Positions 13,601-25,734 of a stretch of DNA of 64,000 nt are shown here, piece by piece. The position numbers and the translations under genes were made by a program. The stretch is from Pristiophorus japonicus (Eukaryota), in contig NC_091999.1 in NCBI RefSeq assembly GCF_044704955.1, positions 10,416,001-10,480,000 of the forward strand. Direction: 5' to 3'. The notes under the pieces were generated by a model. It did no database searches. It saw nothing but the letters and a program-made list of their open reading frames with translations, and was not told the origin of the DNA. Positions within the stretch are counted from its first letter, which is position 1; each line of letters starts with the position of its first letter.

Positions 13601-14703
13601 CCTCTCTCATTTCACAACACCCAGTCTAAGATTGCCTCCCCCCTAGTTGGTTCCTCGACATATTGATCTAAAAAACCATCACTTATGCACTTCAGGAAAT
13701 TCTGCTCCACCGTATTGCTTCCAGTTTGGTTAGCCCAATCTATATGCATATTAAAGTCACCCATTATAACTGCTGCACCTTCATTGCATGCACCCCTAAT
13801 TTCCTGTTTGATGCCCTCCCCAACATCACTACTACTGTTTGGAGGTCTGTATACCTCTGAGGTTTTTTGCCCTTTGGTGTTCTGCAGCTCCACCCATATA
13901 GATTCCACATCATCCAAGCTAATGTCCTTCCTAACTATTGCATTAATCTCTTCTTTAACCAGCAATGCGGCCCCACCTCCTTTTCCTTTATTCTATCCTT
14001 CCTGAATGTTGAATACCCATGGATGTTGAGTTCCCAGCCCTGATCATCCTGGAGCCACGTCTCTGTAATCCCAATCACATCATATCTGTTCACATCTATT
14101 TGCACAGTTAATTCATCCACCTAATTAAGGATACTCCTTGTATTCAGACAAAAAGCTTTCAGGCTTGTTTTTTTAACACCCTTTGTCCTTTTAGAATTTT
14201 GATGTACCGTGGCCCTTTTTGTTTTTTGCCTTGGGTTTCTCTGCCCTCCACTTTTACTCATCTCCTTTCTGTCTTTTGCTTTTATCTCCTTTTTGTTTCC
14301 CTCTCTCTCCCTGCATTGGTTCCCATCCCCCTGCCATATTAGTTTAACTCCTCCCCAACAGCACTAGCAAACACTCCCCCGAAGACATTGGTTCCGGTCC
14401 TCCGTCTGGTTTGTACAGGTCCCAGCTCCCCCAGAACCGGTTCCAATGCCCCAGAAATTTGAATCCTCCCTGCTGCACCATTGCTCAAGCCACGTATTCA
14501 TCTAAGCTATCCTGCGATTCCTACTCTGATTAGCACGAGGCACTGGTAGCAATTCCGAGATTACTACTTTTGAAGTCCTACGTTTTAATTTAGCTCCTAG
14601 CTCCTTAAATTCGTCTCGTAGGACCTCATCCCGTTTTTTACCTATATCGTTGGTGCCAATGTGCACCACGACAACTTGCTGTTCATCCTCCCTTTTCAGC
14701 TTC
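10638..14703 (-). mobile_element. Composite CR1 insertion: minus-strand element (partial ORF1 esterase plus ORF2) interrupted by a plus-strand CR1 piece (~11785-12380)
   Basis: ORFs with VVHIGTND (esterase), GITETWL/GDFN (endonuclease), GVPQGSVL/FADD (RT); (aaacatag)n tail. Absent from cassette B (empty site ~36710). Confidence 0.92.
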
Positions 14704-14745
14704 ACAAAGAAGCTGGGAGCTGATTCGTTGAATTAGAGAACATAG

Positions 14746-14800
14746 GACACGTGAGCTAATTGGATAACACCTGCTGACTCTGCCACGAATGAACCAATCA
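14746..14800 (+). promoter_or_regulatory. Putative promoter of the W-family V (E-box CACGTG, inverted and direct CCAAT)
   Basis: ggacacgtgagctaattgg ... gaaccaatca 100-150 bp upstream of ATG 14902; conserved at ~36753-36810. Confidence 0.55.
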
Positions 14801-14901
14801 TCAAAGACACCGGATATGAATCAACATATTCGCAAATCTTGACGAAATTAATTTCATGTTCAACCCGTTCTGTTCAAATCTACCAGGTCCTATCTGTAAA
14901 C

Positions 14902-15418
14902 ATGTTGGGTCTGACTTTTTACTCAGCCGTCACAGCTGCAGCTCTCTTAACTGGTAAAATTTAAAGTTGCACAATCTTCCTCTTCCAGGTGTCACTGACA
15001 ACCTTTTAACTATGTGTTATCTCTATATGCAATGTATTCCGTCACAAGTTAATTTAGTTATAATTGAATTCTGAAAATTTTTTAAAATTCTGTATTTATA
15101 CATGTGTGCAGGTGTTAGTGGTGCAGACTCCGTCTCACAGCGGCCGGTTACAGCGAAGCAGTTTGAAGGAGACTCGGTGACAATTAATTGCAGCTATTCT
15201 ACCACTGCTTTTTCGTATTCCTTGCAACTGTACCGTCAGGACCGGGACAAAGGTCCCCAAATGCTAATCTACAGTCCTTCCAATGGGGATGCTGTCAGAG
15301 CAGTCGGCACCGGGGCTCGATTTTCTGCATCTCTCGACAGTTCGAAAAGTGAAGGGAACTTCACCATCGGCGGCCTGCGGCTGACTGACAGCGGGGTGTA
15401 TTACTGCGCGCTGAGAGA
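14902..15418 (+). CDS. TRAV: TCR alpha/delta V segment, family W, open frame (exon 1 14902-14953, exon 2 15112-15418); Trp41 replaced by Leu
   Basis: Leader MLGLTFYSAVTAAALLT-G, phase-1 GT..AG intron, then VSGADSVSQRPVTAKQFEGDSVTINCSYSTTAFSYSLQLYRQ...LRLTDSGVYYCALR; both canonical Cys present. Confidence 0.92.
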
Positions 15419-15457
15419 CACAGTGGTGGGGATCGGAGGGTGCCTCGTGCAATAACC
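15419..15457 (+). other. 23-RSS of the W-family V
   Basis: CACAGTG (15419-15425) - 23 nt - GCAATAACC (15449-15457). Confidence 0.92.
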
Positions 15458-15864
15458 CTGCTGCAATCTGACATGGTGAGCGGAATAGTGGGCAAAGTGG
15501 GGAGAATGGGGGAATATCAGTAATTATCGCAAGTGAGTGTCCATGTAAACCAAACAAGTAAATAGCTACCCAACTAACAATACAGAACTGGCATATAGTT
15601 TATTATTTTAATCATAATAATCTTGCAGTTAATTTCTTAATTAATTGACTCATTCCAATCTCTGTTCATGTCATTGACACTTTAATTTTCAATCTTAGTA
15701 AAATGTATACAAAGAAAGTTCTCAGTCAGTGTCATAATCGCACTCAGACCTGCCGCTCCAATCGGCAGGAGATGAAATAAACGGTCGGATACATTCCGTA
15801 ACGATTTAAGAGAATATAGATGCGTCAAAACCTTCAGAACAACGAGGTCTCCCCTGAAATGTGA

Positions 15865-16200
15865 CCCCGTGGGACTCAGGTTCCAAACTTAGCGGCTGGC
15901 CAGGATGCTGATTATACCAGAACATATAATGTGCAGCACCGCTGGTTTACAAGGTGCAGGATAGTATTACATTACTTTCCTCTTGAAACATCATTTCAGG
16001 AACTGGCTGTTCCACTGTGTCTTGGTGGCTTCATACTGACATAAAATAATAATCGTAGTGATAATCCTCATCATCATCACTTGATCAATAATAACATCTG
16101 GGTTACAGCATCGAATGGGAGACTGGAAATTTAGCTGAAGATCTATAGTTACTGAATTGTGATTAAAAATGAAGAGGAGCAGTACGAGACCCTTCTGCAT
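15865..16200 (-). pseudogene. TCR V pseudogene, family Z, copy A (inverted, internally deleted)
   Basis: Leader MQKGLVLLLFI; V exon with YMFWYNQHPGQP, then a deletion to CTGAGTCC and a heptamer remnant CACGGGG; paralog of 43418-43756. Confidence 0.75.
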
Positions 16201-16719
16201 GATGATCCCTGAGTCTGTAACTGCGCAGTACGGGAAATCCTCTGTCGGAGCAGAAATATAGACAGTACCTACTGCACAACTGATCCAAATAAAGCCAAAC
16301 ATGGAAAAGTGGAAGCAATCGCTCCAATAGCTCAGGCCTACAAATGAGTGTCAGAAGGAGTGCAGCAAATGGGTTATTTGCATGCAGCTGCCACAGACAC
16401 AAAACTGAGTGAATGCAAGGCTTTGATTAACTGCACAAACTGCACGGCGCCGCTCAGCTGTACTCTGAGCGCATTGGGCATAAAGGGTGGTGGTTGGGTC
16501 GAGAAGTCTATGGTCTAACTGCTTCTGCTTACTGAGCAAGTGACAGGGAATAAACAGAATGGGAGGGAAATGAAGTGATTGCACTGCTTCAGAAATAATG
16601 AGCAGATTTAATCAGCTCTAAACCGCAGTACTGAAACACAATATGAGCCACATATGTTTGTATCTATAATCAAAAATCCCTAAATCCCCTCAACCTGTGG
16701 AATTCCCTGTCACAGAGAG

Positions 16720-16915
16720 TTGCTAATGCAAGTTAATTGGCTATATTCAAGAGAGAGTTAGATATGGACCTTACGGCTAAAGAATCAAGGGGTATGGAGA
16801 GAAAGCAGGAAAGTGGTACTGAGGGAATGATCAGCAATGCTATTATTGAATGGCGGTGCAGGCTCGAAGGGCCGAATGGTCTAAGCCTGCACCTATTTTC
16901 TTTGTTTCTCTGTTT
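16720..16915 (+). mobile_element. Short CR1 3'-end fragment
   Basis: IFKRELD...KG.GEKAG-like end, then 3'UTR gcctgcacctattttct. Confidence 0.8.
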
Positions 16916-17138
16916 CAGTGACCTTCTTCGGAACAAATTACGCCAGCAGAGAGCGCCAACAGCAAAAGTGGTCATTAGAGAGCCACGTGATGCAAACAAC
17001 AAAGGCAACAGCGATCCAAGCCTGAGTGATGTCGCAATGGGGCCGCCTCCTGCAGTTCGCTGGTGGAACAATGGAACATGCCCGGTTCACTTCTCACCTT
17101 CTGATACTGTGCCTCATTCCACTCCAATTCACTGCGAC

Positions 17139-17691
17139 ATGTTGCTAATAATCCTGGCGTGTATGTTAGTCTGTAAATATTGGATTATATTAAACAACAC
17201 AGGTTAACAGATTGATGCAAAAAGCTTTTGCAGTGCTTCGGTGCAATTAGTAATCACATTTTTAATATGATTACTGAGCAGATGGGAGAATAAACACACT
17301 GACACAGATGGGCGCAAGTTTAGATCCGTGCTGGTTAACTTCCTGTTCTTTAACTCCCGAATCTTCACAGGCAGACTTTGTACAAATCCAGTAAATCAGT
17401 CTCCATTGACAATTACTGTGTCAGCAGGGGGTTCGGTGAGGTTAGATTGTGAACGAACAACCTCGGATATTTACTCCATGAAATGGTATCGGCAGAAACC
17501 GGCAAAGCCCCCAAGCTGGATAATGAGCAAAGTAGCAGCACTGCAGGGTGTCGAGATGTCTTGCGACTGCTAACATCTCCAGAAAGTAAGGTTAACTCAA
17601 GATAAGTGGCCTCAGTGCGGAGGACGGGGCCGCCTATTACGATGCTGTGAGGCACTGCGTCAGATAAAAACAAAGTCTTCGTAAAAAAATC
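17139..17691 (+). pseudogene. TCR V pseudogene, family Q, copy A
   Basis: Leader MLLIILACMLV (17139-17172); exon from 17371 NPVNQSPLTITVSAGGSVRLDCERTTSDIYSMKWYRQKP; frameshift and stops; YYC->YYD; RSS CACTGCG (17653-17659) - 23 - AAAAAAATC. Confidence 0.88.
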
Positions 17692-17754
17692 ACAACGAGC
17701 ATGAGCAGTTTCATTAAGTCATCGTTGGTGTGTTTACCTGTCGCTTTAGTTTGA

Positions 17755-18379
17755 CCCCAAAGTCACGGAGACCAAAGACTGTCAGGGTGCTAGATCTTAG
17801 AGTGGCATTCATGTACACGTCTTTGTCTAAATCAACAGAGAAACTTTGTTGGAAATCTGGAGAATTATCTCGGAGCTTACCAGGGATGCTGAATTAACAT
17901 CATCATCATCATCATAGACAGTCCCTCGAAATCGAGGCAAACTTGCTTCCACTCCAAAAGTGAGTTCTTCGGTGACTGAACATTCCAATACACGAATTAC
18001 AGTTTCTGTCACAGGTGGGACAGGTATTCGTTGATGGAAAACGTGTGTGGGATTCTGGTTTGCCGCACGCTCCTTCCGCTGCCTGTGCTTGCTTTCTGCA
18101 TGGTGTTGGCAATGTGACTCGAGGTGCGCAACCAATAGGGAGAGCAAAAATTATCGGATCTGGAGAAATTACTGTTCAGTATAATTGCCTGTTCTCTCAG
18201 AACCGTGAATTCAGACAGATCCAAGGACACTGGGTCTTCGACACTTGATTGTAAAAAACATATAGAATGTCTGAAAAGTCTGGGACAAAATATAACCCAT
18301 GAAGCACCGACCAATCATTTAAAAAAGACACACCGTGCAGGACGACCATACATATCAGTACGGAACATGGGGAACTCAT
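17755..18379 (-). pseudogene. TCR V pseudogene, P-related family (P'), copy A, split by an RTE fragment
   Basis: Leader MSSPCSVLICMVVLHG; exon SVEDPVSLDLSEFTVLREQAIILNS..PYW, resuming after the insert as IQHPW*APR; 3' end lost. Confidence 0.75.
17898..18130 (-). mobile_element. RTE-clade LINE 3' fragment
   Basis: C-terminal zinc-finger-like CPTCDRNCNSCIGMFSHRRTH and a (GAT)n tail; absent at the paralogous site ~44920. Confidence 0.75.
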
Positions 18380-18612
18380 GGTGTCTGGTATAGAGTTCGA
18401 TAGAACATCGCAACATTTTGATGATATGTTGACCCTTGTCGTCTGATATTCAGGAGTAAACAGAGAGCAGGGGCAGGCTTCACACAATTGGAGAGTGAGG
18501 GGCGGTTCCCAGGGATAATCTTATAAATCACCCAGCGCTCTAATAATGGCACAGGCTATCAGTTATTAGCCCCGTCCAAACCCACACCCACACAGCCGCC
18601 TAGGCAGGTTTA

Positions 18613-21600
18613 GAACATAACCAATAGGAGCTGGAGTCGGCCATACGGCCCTTCGAGTCTGCTCCGTCATTCAATCAGATCATGGTTGATCAGATCATGG
18701 ACTCAGCTCGACTTCCCTGCCCGCTCCCCATGGACAGGTGAGATGCAGGAAGAATGTTCCCGATATTGGGGAAGTCCAGAGCCAGGGGTCACAGTCTAAA
18801 GTTAAGAGGTCGGCCATTTAGGACCGAGATGAGGAAAAATCTTCTTCACTCAGTGAACTCTGAAACTGTGGAATTCTCTACCACAGAACTTTGTTGAGGC
18901 CAGTTCGTTAGATATAGTCAAAAAGGAATTAGATGTGGCCCTTACGGTTAAAGCGATTAAGGGGTATGGCGAGAATGCAGGAATGGGGTACTGAACTTGA
19001 ATTATCAGCCAAGATCATGTTGAACGGTGGTGCAGGCTCGAAGGGCCGAATGGCCTAATCTTGCACCTATTTTCTATGTTTCTATATTTCCAACCCCTTA
19101 TATCCTTATCGTTTAAGAAACTGTCTATTTCTGTTGTAAATGTATTCAATGTCCCAGCCTCCACAGCTCTGAAAGGCAGCAAATTCCACAGATTTACAAC
19201 ACTCTGAGAGTAGAAATTTCTCCTCGTCTCTGTTTTAAATGGGCGGCCCCTTATTCTAAGATAATGCCCTGTAGTGCTCGTCTCCCCTATCAGTGGAAAC
19301 ATCCTGTCTGCATCCACTTTGTCAAGCCCCTTCATAGAAACATAGAAAATAGGTGCAGGAGTAGGCCATTCGGCCCTTCTAGCCTGCACCGCCATTCAAT
19401 GAGTTCATGGCTGAACATGAAACTTCAGTACCCCCTTCCTGCTTTCTCGCCATATCCCTTGATCCCCCGAGTAGTAAGGACTTCATCTAACTCCCTTTTG
19501 AATATATTTAGTGAATTGGCCTCAACTACTTTCTGTGGTAGAGAATTCCACAGGTTCACCACTCTCTGGGTGAAGAAGTTTCTCCTCATCTCGGTCCTAA
19601 ATGGCTTACCCCTTATCCTCAGACTGTGACCCCTGGTTCTGGACTTCCCCAACATTGGGAACATTCTTTCTGCATCTAACCTGTCTAAACCCGTCAGAAT
19701 TTTAAACGTTTCTATGAGATCCCCTCTCATTCTTCTGAACTCCAGTGAATACAAGCCCAGTTGATCCAATCTTTCTTGATAGGTCAGTCCCGCCATCCCG
19801 GGAATCAGTCTGGTGAACCTTCGCTGCACTCCCTCAATAGCAAGAATGTCCTTCCTCAAGTTAGGAGACCAAAACTGTACACAATACTCCGGGTGTGGCC
19901 TCACCAAGGCCCTGTAGAACTGTAGCAACACCTCCCTGCCCCTGTATTCAAATCCCCTCGCTATGAAGGCCAACATGCCATTTGCTTTCTTAACCGCCTG
20001 CTGTACCTGCATGCCAACCTTCAATGACTGATGTACCATGACACCCAGGTCTCGTTGCACCTTCCCTTTTCCTAATCTGTCACCATTCAGATAATAGTCT
20101 GTCTCTCTGTTTTTACCACCAAAGTGGATAACCTCACATTTATCCACATTATACTTCATCTGCCATGCATTTGCCCACTCACCTAACCTATCCAAGTCAC
20201 TCTGCAGCCTAATAGCATCCTCCTCGCAGCTCACACTGCCACCCAACTTAGTATCATCTGCAAATTTGGAGATACTGCATTTAATCCCCTCGTCTAAATC
20301 ATTAATGTACAATGTAAACAGCTGGGGCCCCAGCACAGAACCTTGCGGCACTCCACTAGTCACTGCCTGCCATTCTGAAAAGTACCCGTTTACTCCTACT
20401 CTTTGCTTCCTGTCTGACAACCAGTTCTCAATCCACATCAGCACACTACCCCCAATCCCATGTGCTTTAACTTTGCACATTAATCTCTTGTGTGGGACCT
20501 TGTCGAAAGCCTTCTGAAAGTCCAAATATACCACATCAACTGGTTCTCCTTTGTCCACTTTACTGGAAACATCCTCAAAAAATTCCAGAAGATTTGTCAA
20601 GCATGATTTCCCTTTCACAAATCCATGCTGACTTGGACCTATCATGTCACCATTTTCCAGATGCACTGCTATGACATCCTTAATAATTGATTCCATCATT
20701 TTACCCACTACTGAGGTCAGGCTGACCGGTCTATAATTCCCTGTTTTCTCTCTCCCTCCTTTTTTAAAAAGTGGGGTTACATTGGCTACCCTCCACTCCA
20801 TAGGAACTGATCCAGAGTCAATGGAATGTTGGAAAATGACTGTCAATGCATCCGCTATTTCCAAGGCCACCTCCTTAAGTACTCTAGGATGCAATCTATC
20901 AGGCCCTGGGGATTTATCGGCCTTCAATCCCATCAATTTCCCCAACACAATTTCCCGACTAATAAAGATTTCCCTCAGTTCCCCCTCCTTACTAGACCCT
21001 CTGACCCCTTTTGTATCCGGAAGGTTGTTTGTATCCTCCTTAGTGAATACCGAACCAAAGTACTTGTTCAATTGGTCCGCCATTTCTTTGTTCCCCGTTA
21101 TGACTTCCCCTGATTCTGACTGCAGTGGACCTACGTTTGTCTTCACCAACCTTTTTCTCTTTACATACCTATAGAAACTTTTGCAATCCGCCTTAATGTT
21201 CCCTGCAAGCTTCTTCTCGTACTCCATTTTCCCTGTCCTAATCAAACCCTTTGTCCTCCTCTGCTGAGTTCTAAATTTCTCCCAGTCCCCAGGTTCGCTG
21301 CTATTTCTGGCCAATTTGTATGCCACTTCCTTGGCTTTAATACTATCCCTGATTTCCCTAGATAGCCACGGTTGAGCCACCTTTCCCTTTTTATTTTTAC
21401 GCCAGACAGGAATGTACAATTGTTGTACTTCATCCATGCGGTCTCTAAATGTCTGCCATTGCCCATCCACAGTCAACCCCCTAAGTATCATTCGCCAATC
21501 TATCCTAGCCAATTCACGCCTCATACCTTCAAAGTTACCCTTCTTTAAGTTCTGGACCATGGTCTCTGAAATTACTGTTTCATTCTCCATCCTAATGCAG

Positions 21601-24150
21601 AATTCCACCATATTATAATCTTAGATGTTTCGATAAGATCACCTCTCATTCTTCAAAATTACAACATGCTCAACATTTCCTCATAAGTCAACCCCCTCAT
21701 CCCCGGAATCAAACTATTGAATAATCTCTGAACTGCCTCCAAAGCAATTTGTCCCCACTCACTTTGCCTGTCTATGTCCTTTAGCAGATTTTCTGTGTCC
21801 TCCTCACACATTTATTTTCCTCCCATCTTTGTAAATATGGAAACCAAAACTGCAAGCATTATTCCAGGTGTCGCCTCACCAATACTTCCCTGCTTTTATA
21901 CTCCGTCCCCTTTGCAATAATGGCCACGATTCCATTGACCTTCTTGATCACTTGCTGTACCTGCATACTCTCCTTTTCTGTTTCATGTACAAGTACCCCC
22001 AGGTCCCACTGTACTGCAGCACGTTGCAATCTTTCTCCATTTAAATAATAACTTGCTCTTTGATTTATTCTGCCAAAGTGCTTGACCTCACACTTTCAAA
22101 CATTATACTCCATCTGCCAAATTTGTCCCCACTCACTTGGCCTGTCTATGTTCTTTTGCAGATTTTTTGTGTCCTCCTTATACATTGCTTTTCCTCCCAT
22201 CTTTGTATCGTCAGCAAACTTGGCTACGTTGCACTCAGTCCCTTCTTCCAATTCGTTAATATAGATTGTAAATAGTTAGGCTCCCAACCCTGATCCCTGC
22301 AGCACACCAGTAGTTACTGATTGCAAACCAGAGAATTAACCATTTATCCTGACTCTCTGCTTTCTATTAGGTATCCAATCTTCTATCCATGCAAATATAT
22401 TACACCATAATCCCGTGAACGTTTATCTTGTGCAGGAACCTTTTATGTGGCACCTTGTCAAATGCCTTCGGAAAGTCGAAATGCACCACATATACGTGTT
22501 CCGCTTTATCCACCCTGTTGGTTACATCTTCAAAGAATTCCAGCAAATCTGTCAAGCATGAATTACACTTCATTAATCGATGCTGACACTACCTGACAAA
22601 TGTTGCTATTCCATTTGACCTGATACTGTTTCTTTCATAATGGATTCCAACATTTTCACAACCACAGATGTTAGGATAACTGGTCTATAGTTTCCTACAT
22701 TTTGAATGTCTCCTTTTTTAAATAGAGACATTACATTTGCAGTTTTCCAATTTGCTGGGAGCTCCCTCGAATCCAGGGAATTTTGGTAAATTACAACCAA
22801 TGCATTCACAATACCTGCCGCTACTTCTCTTAAGTCCCTAGAATGCAAATCACCAGTTCCAGGGGATTTATCTGCCTTTAGTCCCATTATCGTAGTGAGT
22901 ACCACCTCCTTAATGATTGTGATTGTGTTAGGTTCCTCCACCCTATTGTCCCTTGACTATCCACTGTTGGAAAATTGTTAGTGTTCTCTACCATAAAGAC
23001 TAACACAAAATATTTGTTCAGCATTTATGTCATTTCCATGTTCCCCATTACTAATTCCCCAGTCTCGTCCTCTAAGGGACCAACATTTAGATTTACCACT
23101 CTTTTCCTTTTTATATATCTGTAGAAACTCTTACTATCTGTTTTAATATTTCGTGCTAGTTTACTTTCATAGTCTATCTTCACTTTCTTAATCATTTTTT
23201 ATTCATTCTTTGCTGATTTTAAAAGCTTCGCAATCTTCTGTCCTCCCACTAGTTGAGGCCACTTTGTACGCCCTTGGTTTTAATTTGATACCGTCGTTTA
23301 TTCCTTTAGTTACCCACAGATGGCAATCTTTTCTTTGACACCCTTTCCCCCGACTGGAATATATTTTTCTTGAGAGTTGTGAAATATCTACTTAAATGTA
23401 CACCACTGTTCTTCAACTCTCCTACATTTTAATCTATTTTCCCAGTCCACTTTAGCCAACGCTGCCCTCATACCTTCATAGTCTTCTTTATTTAAGCATC
23501 GTACGCTCGTTAGAGATCGAACTTTCTCACCCTCCATCTGAAATTGAAATTCAATAATGTTATGATCACTCGTTCCAAGGGGATCATTAATTAGGGGATT
23601 GTTTTTTAATGTTGTCTCATTACACAGGAGCAGAGCTAAGACAGCCTGCCCCATGGTTGGTTCTTTTACAGGCTGCTGAAGGAACCCGTTCCTTATGCAC
23701 CCGATGAACTGCTCCTCAAGGCTACCCTGACCAAGTTGGTTTGTCCAATAATTATGTAGGTTAAAATCACCCGTGATTATTGCTGTATATTTGTATCATA
23801 TGCAAATGTTTTTATCATGCCCTCTCTATTTAGGTATAAATCATTAATATATATCATAGACAGCAAGGGAGCGAGCACTGATCGCCGTGGAACCCCACTG
23901 GAAACAACCATCCAAACGCAAAAAAACACGCGTCCACTATCACACTTTGCTTCCTGCCTCTGAGCCAATTTTTCATCCGATTTGCCAATCTCCCTTGGAT
24001 CCCATGGACTATTGCTTTTCTGTTGAGCGTGCCACGTGGGACCTTGTCAAAATCCTTGCTAAAATTCATGTAGACGCCACTGCTTCCTCGACCCTCCTTG
24101 TTACCTCGTCAAATCATGCAATCATGTAAGTCAGACACGAACTTCCCTTA
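18613..24150 (-). mobile_element. Nest of CR1 elements: 3' fragments 18613-19335, young 5'-truncated copy 19334-21617, older copies 21617-24150
   Basis: RT/tether ORFs and (atagaaac)n tails; the young copy interrupts an older CR1 3' region. Confidence 0.9.
19425..21611 (-). CDS. CR1 ORF2 fragment, uninterrupted 728 aa (complete RT domain, endonuclease missing)
   Basis: NYRPVSLTS, QHGF, YLDFQKAFDKVPH, GVPQGSVLGP, FADD, RTRGH..FFTQRVVNLWNSLP. Confidence 0.93.
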   Translation of the reverse strand: MVEFCIRMENETVISETMVQNLKKGNFEGMRRELARIDWRMILRGLTVDGQWQTFRDRMDEVQQLYIPVWRKNKKGKVAQPWLSREIRDSIKAKEVAYKLARNSSEPGDWEKFRTQQRRTKGLIRTGKMEYEKKLAGNIKADCKSFYRYVKRKRLVKTNVGPLQSESGEVITGNKEMADQLNKYFGSVFTKEDTNNLPDTKGVRGSSKEGELREIFISREIVLGKLMGLKADKSPGPDRLHPRVLKEVALEIADALTVIFQHSIDSGSVPMEWRVANVTPLFKKGGREKTGNYRPVSLTSVVGKMMESIIKDVIAVHLENGDMIGPSQHGFVKGKSCLTNLLEFFEDVSSKVDKGEPVDVVYLDFQKAFDKVPHKRLMCKVKAHGIGGSVLMWIENWLSDRKQRVGVNGYFSEWQAVTSGVPQGSVLGPQLFTLYINDLDEGIKCSISKFADDTKLGGSVSCEEDAIRLQSDLDRLGEWANAWQMKYNVDKCEVIHFGGKNRETDYYLNGDRLGKGKVQRDLGVMVHQSLKVGMQVQQAVKKANGMLAFIARGFEYRGREVLLQFYRALVRPHPEYCVQFWSPNLRKDILAIEGVQRRFTRLIPGMAGLTYQERLDQLGLYSLEFRRMRGDLIETFKILTGLDRLDAERMFPMLGKSRTRGHSLRIRGKPFRTEMRRNFFTQRVVNLWNSLPQKVVEANSLNIFKRELDEVLTTRGIKGYGEKAGRGY

Positions 24151-24221
24151 ACATTGCTGAAACAAAGAGAGAGGCAGAGATATCGAAAAAGACAGAGACA
24201 GGAAGTGAAACAGGCAGAAAA

Positions 24222-24345
24222 AGTAATTGGCCCAGAACTCATTGGCACACACTGTTGTGGGTTCTGGGAGAATAGATAATCCTGTCCCTGGGAAACGCCC
24301 CACAGTCTCCCAATCAGTGGAGTCTGCATCTGATCTACGTTTAAT
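24222..24345 (+). promoter_or_regulatory. Putative P-family V promoter with multiple CCAAT/ATTGG boxes
   Basis: gtaattggc, cattggc and ccaatcagtg, conserved upstream of the P copies at 47319 (-) and 63225 (+). Confidence 0.55.
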
Positions 24346-24397
24346 CCTTAATAAACGAAAATTCTGCGATTATCTGTCGAACGCTATACAATTCGCC

Positions 24398-24830
24398 ATG
24401 AGCTCCCCACGTTTCTTACTAATAATAATGTTCGTGCTTGCCGGTGAGTCTATGTTTAAGTGGCAAGTTTGTGTTCCATGTGAGATAGTCACTCGCACAA
24501 ATGTTGATACATTTTCTGATTTGGTACAGGAATCAGTGGCGAAGATAGCGTGCTCCAGAATCCGTCTCAATTAACGGTTCAGGAAGGACAGAACATAATA
24601 CTGAGCTGCAGTTGCTCGACAGCTGCTTCAACTCAGTTCTGGTACGTCCAATATCCTGGAGAAGCTCCAAGATATTTGCTGAAGAGATATAGCTCAGAAG
24701 CCGGAGATAAGTCTCCAGGTTTGTCACACAGGTTCTCTGCTGATATGAACAAAATGAATAAAACGGTTACTTTAAATATCGCCGGGACGCATGTCTCCGA
24801 TGCCGACGTGTATTTCTGTGCCATGGAGCC
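24398..24830 (+). CDS. TRAV: TCR alpha/delta V segment, family P, open frame (exon 1 24398-24443, exon 2 24530-24830)
   Basis: Leader MSSPRFLLIIMFVLA-G, GT..AG phase 1; ISGEDSVLQNPSQLTVQEGQNIILSCSCSTAASTQFWYVQYPGEAPRYLLK...VSDADVYFCAME. Confidence 0.93.
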
Positions 24831-24870
24831 CACATGGCTGCAGAGATATAGTGGACCCCGTACAAAAACC
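24831..24870 (+). other. RSS with 24-nt spacer and variant heptamer
   Basis: CACATGG (24831-24837) - 24 nt - ACAAAAACC (24862-24870). Confidence 0.85.
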
Positions 24871-24894
24871 TGAAATGAGAATTCCAGTCAATAC

Positions 24895-24909
24895 TCGCCA
24901 GAGGGCGCT
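24895..24909 (+). promoter_or_regulatory. CTCF-like motif just 3' of the RSS
   Basis: TCGCCAGAGGGCGCT versus the consensus core CCACCAGGGGGCGC; present at the same position in the other P copies. Confidence 0.65.
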
Positions 24910-25734
24910 CTTACACTGATAAGCAGAAGCGAAAATTTAGCCTCCAGAGTGAGAATCGCAGGGACCTTTTTGAAAGAGTGACAACCACAACTCCGAACAA
25001 GAAAAGGTGAGGTCTACTTGTAGAATTTTATTAATTGATTTGAACTCGTATTTATATTGAAAATGAACTTCATCAATCCATTTGTTTCGCCTTAATTTAA
25101 CCTTTATCCTTTGATGCTCTTTCTGTACCTGCCTTTGTTTACAAATCTCCCCTGTTAGTTTCCAGGACGCAGTGATCGCGGCGTGTAGATAAGGTTATTT
25201 GATCAGAGTATGTTGCTGGGTCGGAGGCTTTTTATACACAATCAACAGATTTCACAAGTTCGTGACTGTGCTCTTTAAAACGACCCCAAGCACAGAGTTC
25301 TCCCAATGCCCACCGTCTTTCAGAAAGTCTCTTTAATTCTGGAATGTTTCTGTCACCATTAACAATTCCGCAGCTTCCGGTTTACAACAAACAGACAAGG
25401 GGCTCGTCCCCTCTCCCTGTCTCAAAAAGTGCAATCATTCCAATCTTTGGACACTGACTGTGGCCCAGCTAAGTGTGTTTCCATTCATTGGCGACCAGCT
25501 CCCCATCTACCGGTGTCACAGCAACACTTGGGACACATGGGAGTGAGGTGAGAGCATCCTGAGACATGACAGCAAATTATTGAGAGTGGCTATTAGAACG
25601 GTGGTCTCCAAACATCCAAACCCCCTTTAAAGAGTGGACAGCGTCAATTTGGCTGCTCAGCATTTAGCTTACGTGGATCATTTCTGACAGGTAATTGTAG
25701 ACGCAACACGTTTCATATTTTTTCTCTTTTGCAC

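Larger units (their letters stand above)
3170..18612 (+). repeat. Segmental duplication cassette A (V order X+, Y+, X'+, W+, Z-, Q+, P'-)
   Basis: Colinear similarity to 26071-45402 throughout, apart from copy-specific transposon insertions. Confidence 0.9.

Noticed and set aside
15102-15455. ORF-track boundaries for V genes (15102-15455, 24550-24873, 46736-47167, 63227-63670)
   Set aside because: These ignore the leader exon and intron and read through the RSS; replaced by spliced models.
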